From IMG/VR virus record IMGVR_UViG_3300033143_003883, positions 1-53,290 of that record: a stretch of 53,290 nucleotides of DNA. One strand, given 5' to 3'. This stretch comes from a virus. Its lineage: Duplodnaviria; Caudoviricetes. Below the pieces are notes generated by a model. That model saw nothing but the letters and a program-made list of their open reading frames with translations. It did not search any database and had not been told where the DNA came from. Shown in pieces: positions 50,596 to 53,290 of this stretch. How positions within the stretch are numbered: the stretch's first letter is position 1; the number at the start of each line of letters is the position of its first letter. Both the position numbers and the translations under genes were made by a program.

Positions 50596-52560
50596 ATGAA
50601 ATTTCAAAAATTAATTTTACATAATTTTGAATCTTACAAAGATTTAATTTTTCTATTTGATCAAAAAGGATTGGTGCTGATTGAAGGAAAGAATGGATCA
50701 GGCAAATCTACGATTCTTGAAGGAATTCTTTGGTGCTTGTGGGGTGTAACTTTAAAATATGGTGAAAAGGGTTATGCAGATAAAGTTGTTAATAGAAAAG
50801 CTAAAAATAATTGTTATACCAAATTATATTTTAAAGATGATAAGAATCAATATATTGTTGAGAGATATAGAAAGCATAAAGAATATAAAAATTGTGTAAT
50901 TTTAAAAATAAATGATAATGTTTATAAAGGAGTAAATACTCAAGATCAAATCAATCATATTTTAGGAATAGATTTTAACACATTTGTAAGTTCAATTCTT
51001 TTTGGTCAAGAAATTGCTAAAAATTTTGCTTCTGCAACTGATCTAGAACGTAAAAAAATATTAGAAAAAATATTGAATTTAGAAGATTTCGTTAAATATT
51101 TTAATAATGCTAAAGAGAAATTAAATATTTTAAATTCTAAGTTATCTAAAATAGATTTACAATTATCTTCATACGAAGATAAAATTGATGACATTGATGA
51201 TGAAGTAATTGAATTAAAAAAACAAGATAATAATTTTGTAGCAGATAGAGAAAATACTATAGTTAAAATTAAATTAGATATAAAAAACATAAAATCTAAA
51301 TCATATGATTTATCTAAGCAAAAATTTAATATATTAATTGAATCGTGCAATGATACTATTAAACAAATGCAAGATAATATTGAAGAGTATGAAGTTGATA
51401 TGTCTGAATATGATAATTTAGTTAATAAGAATGCAGATACAAAATCTAAAATCGCACAGTTAAAAGATAAATTAGATGAATCAAAAGAAAGTATTGATCA
51501 TATAAAGCAAGGCAAAGATTTTTTAGCTGGTAAATTATGTCCTGTATGTGAACGCATCGTTAAGAATTCTAATGAATTAACACAATTAGCTAAGAAAAGA
51601 TTAACCAAACAATTAGATATCAAAGATGATACTAAAGAAAAAGAAAAAATAATTAAAGAATTATCTAATAACATTAAAGAACTCTCTAATAAATTAAATA
51701 AATTATCTGTTAAAAAATCAGAAATTAAGAAAGAAATTAATACTATAAAATCTAATAGAGATAAAGTTAGTAATCTTAACAAATCAATCAATAAATATAA
51801 GCTTCAGATTAATGATGCTGAGAATGGATTGAAAAATTTAAATAAAGAGAAAGAATATGATCAAAAGAAAATCAAAGAATTAAAATTAAAAATTAAAGAA
51901 TTAAATGATCAAAAATCTCCGTATAATAAAATGGTAAAAGATAAACTTAATAAATTAAAATTATTAAATGATAAATCTAATCAATTACAATCAGACAAGA
52001 AAAAAATAAGTAAAAAAATATTATATTATGAATTTTGGAAAATAGCATTTTCTGATAAGGGACATAAATTACAAAATCAATATATAATTCCATTAAAGGG
52101 TTATATATTAGATTCTATAATTCCAACATTGAATAAAAAGGTAAATCAATATTCTAATATTATTACTAATGGTAAAATTGATATACGTTTTTCAACAACT
52201 AAGACTTTAAAATCTGGAGAAACAAGAGATGAATTTTGTTTTGATGTAGATAATATAGATGGTTCTGATAATTATAAAGGTAATTCAAGCGGTGAGAAAA
52301 GAACAATTGATATACCCATACAATTTGCTTTAGGTTATTTAGTTTCTATGAGAGCCAAAAATCCATTTAATATATTATTTTTAGATGAACCATTTGAGAA
52401 TTTAGATGCAAAAAATTCTAGTAATGTTGTTAATTTGTTAAAATATATATCTAAACAATATAAGACTGTATATGTTATAAGCCATCAGGATGAATTTAAA
52501 GAAAATTTTAATAAAATTATTAAAGTTAAGAAGAAAAAAGGATTTAGTAAGGTGATATAA
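50596..52560 (+). CDS. sbcC: SbcC/Rad50/gp46-like ATPase
   Basis: GKNGSGKS, CPVC zinc hook within a coiled coil, SSGEK signature, LDEPFENLD and ISH. Confidence 0.92.
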   Translation: MKFQKLILHNFESYKDLIFLFDQKGLVLIEGKNGSGKSTILEGILWCLWGVTLKYGEKGYADKVVNRKAKNNCYTKLYFKDDKNQYIVERYRKHKEYKNCVILKINDNVYKGVNTQDQINHILGIDFNTFVSSILFGQEIAKNFASATDLERKKILEKILNLEDFVKYFNNAKEKLNILNSKLSKIDLQLSSYEDKIDDIDDEVIELKKQDNNFVADRENTIVKIKLDIKNIKSKSYDLSKQKFNILIESCNDTIKQMQDNIEEYEVDMSEYDNLVNKNADTKSKIAQLKDKLDESKESIDHIKQGKDFLAGKLCPVCERIVKNSNELTQLAKKRLTKQLDIKDDTKEKEKIIKELSNNIKELSNKLNKLSVKKSEIKKEINTIKSNRDKVSNLNKSINKYKLQINDAENGLKNLNKEKEYDQKKIKELKLKIKELNDQKSPYNKMVKDKLNKLKLLNDKSNQLQSDKKKISKKILYYEFWKIAFSDKGHKLQNQYIIPLKGYILDSIIPTLNKKVNQYSNIITNGKIDIRFSTTKTLKSGETRDEFCFDVDNIDGSDNYKGNSSGEKRTIDIPIQFALGYLVSMRAKNPFNILFLDEPFENLDAKNSSNVVNLLKYISKQYKTVYVISHQDEFKENFNKIIKVKKKKGFSKVI

Positions 52561-52690
52561 TGAATAACAAAATAATTAATATTGCAAAAGATTTTACATT
52601 AGAACCATCAGGCTTTGAACACGGAAAATATTTTAAAAGAAGCAATATTGATTCCATTACTTAAAAATAATTATATTGATGTTGAATTGG
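52560..52690 (+). pseudogene. STAS-like (DUF4325-like) gene remnant, frameshifted and interrupted by the IscB element
   Basis: MNNKIINIAKDFTLEPSG..HGKYFK; removing one A near 52645 gives EAILIPLLKNNYIDVELD, which runs into the omegaRNA-like sequence. Confidence 0.45.
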
Positions 52691-52945
52691 ATCAATCATC
52701 CATATTTAAAAATATGGATCTAAATCGTGAGATTTAGAGGCAACTGGTTGACTAGGGAGCTTTTATGAAAAAGCAGAAGTTACAAGCAAAGTTAAAGAAC
52801 ACACCAAGGAATACTTCTCTAGTTCCTTGCTCTGTAAATTCTGGATTAAACAGAGATCAAAGTCTCAGTGTTCAGAATAAAGTACGGACTTGTAACAATC
52901 CCGAAGAGAATCAATTTCAGCATACAGAGAGGCCATTAAAGCCAT
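52691..52945 (+). ncRNA. Putative IscB omegaRNA (HEARO-like) / element end
   Basis: Begins ATCAATCA, able to pair with TGGTTGA; nested hairpins ATCCATATTT/AAATATGGAT and CTAAATC/GATTTAG; GC elevated; directly upstream of a PLMP ORF. Confidence 0.7.
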
Positions 52946-52947
52946 TG

Positions 52948-53184
52948 GTGTATGTACTATCAAAAAGAGGAAAACCATTAATGCCTTGTTCTTGTGCCAA
53001 GGCAAATAGAATGCTGAAAAAAGGAGCAGCAAAAGTAATTAAAAGATTTCCATTTACTATTCAATTAAATTTTACTTGCAAAAATAGGATTCAAAAGATC
53101 ACACTAGGAATAGATCCAGGATATGAAAATGTAGGTATCAGTTGTATTACTAAAACAAAAGAATTATTTAGTGCTAGTATATAA
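52948..53184 (+). pseudogene. iscB: Truncated IscB/IsrB (PLMP domain plus RuvC-I only)
   Basis: VYVLSKRGKPLMPC..AKA..ML..G.AKV....PFTIQL...LGIDPG; stops before the Arg-rich bridge helix. Confidence 0.85.
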
Positions 53185-53210
53185 TACATTCACTGAAAAC
53201 TATTAACAAA

Positions 53211-53251
53211 TCTATAAAAATGTTAACATTTAATTAATATTTTATTTAAAT
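53211..53251 (+). promoter_or_regulatory. Conserved ~41-bp intergenic motif, candidate phage-specific promoter
   Basis: Near-identical to 1228-1269. Confidence 0.55.
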
Positions 53252-53290
53252 TAAAAAATGAAAAAACAAAACATGAAAAATAAAACTATT

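Noticed and set aside
52765-52947. N-terminal 61 codons of the track's IscB ORF
   Set aside because: They fall within the predicted omegaRNA; IscB normally starts just before VYV...PLMP (TTG/GTG at 52945/52948).

Overview
A very AT-rich window from a large, contractile-tailed (myovirus-like) phage genome, almost entirely on the + strand. Left half (about 0.8-30.6 kb): M15 endolysin, tail sheath, tube, chaperones, tape measure, hub, spike, holin and baseplate wedge/fibre genes. Right half (about 30.7-52.6 kb): a replication/recombination module with an intein-bearing SF2 helicase, a Rep-like gene followed by five 20-22-bp iteron-like repeats, DnaB, Thg1, primase, 5'-3' exonuclease, a sigma-like protein, a split DnaE with a UDG-like tail, gp32-like SSB with a 76-Asp tract, RecA and SbcCD. 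Selfish elements are frequent: two TnpB genes, a truncated IscB with omegaRNA, a LAGLIDADG endonuclease and an HNH intein. The most unusual signal is a family of at least 8 small genes interleaved among the baseplate genes. They share an N-terminal leader, MLSxxIxKIAxxI..(S/A), on mostly unrelated bodies. The leader core recurs at three internal junctions, two in frame and one out of frame. This suggests a virion-targeting/processing tag plus leader-centred cassette shuffling (hypothesis). All functional calls come from motif recognition by eye; no database search was run.
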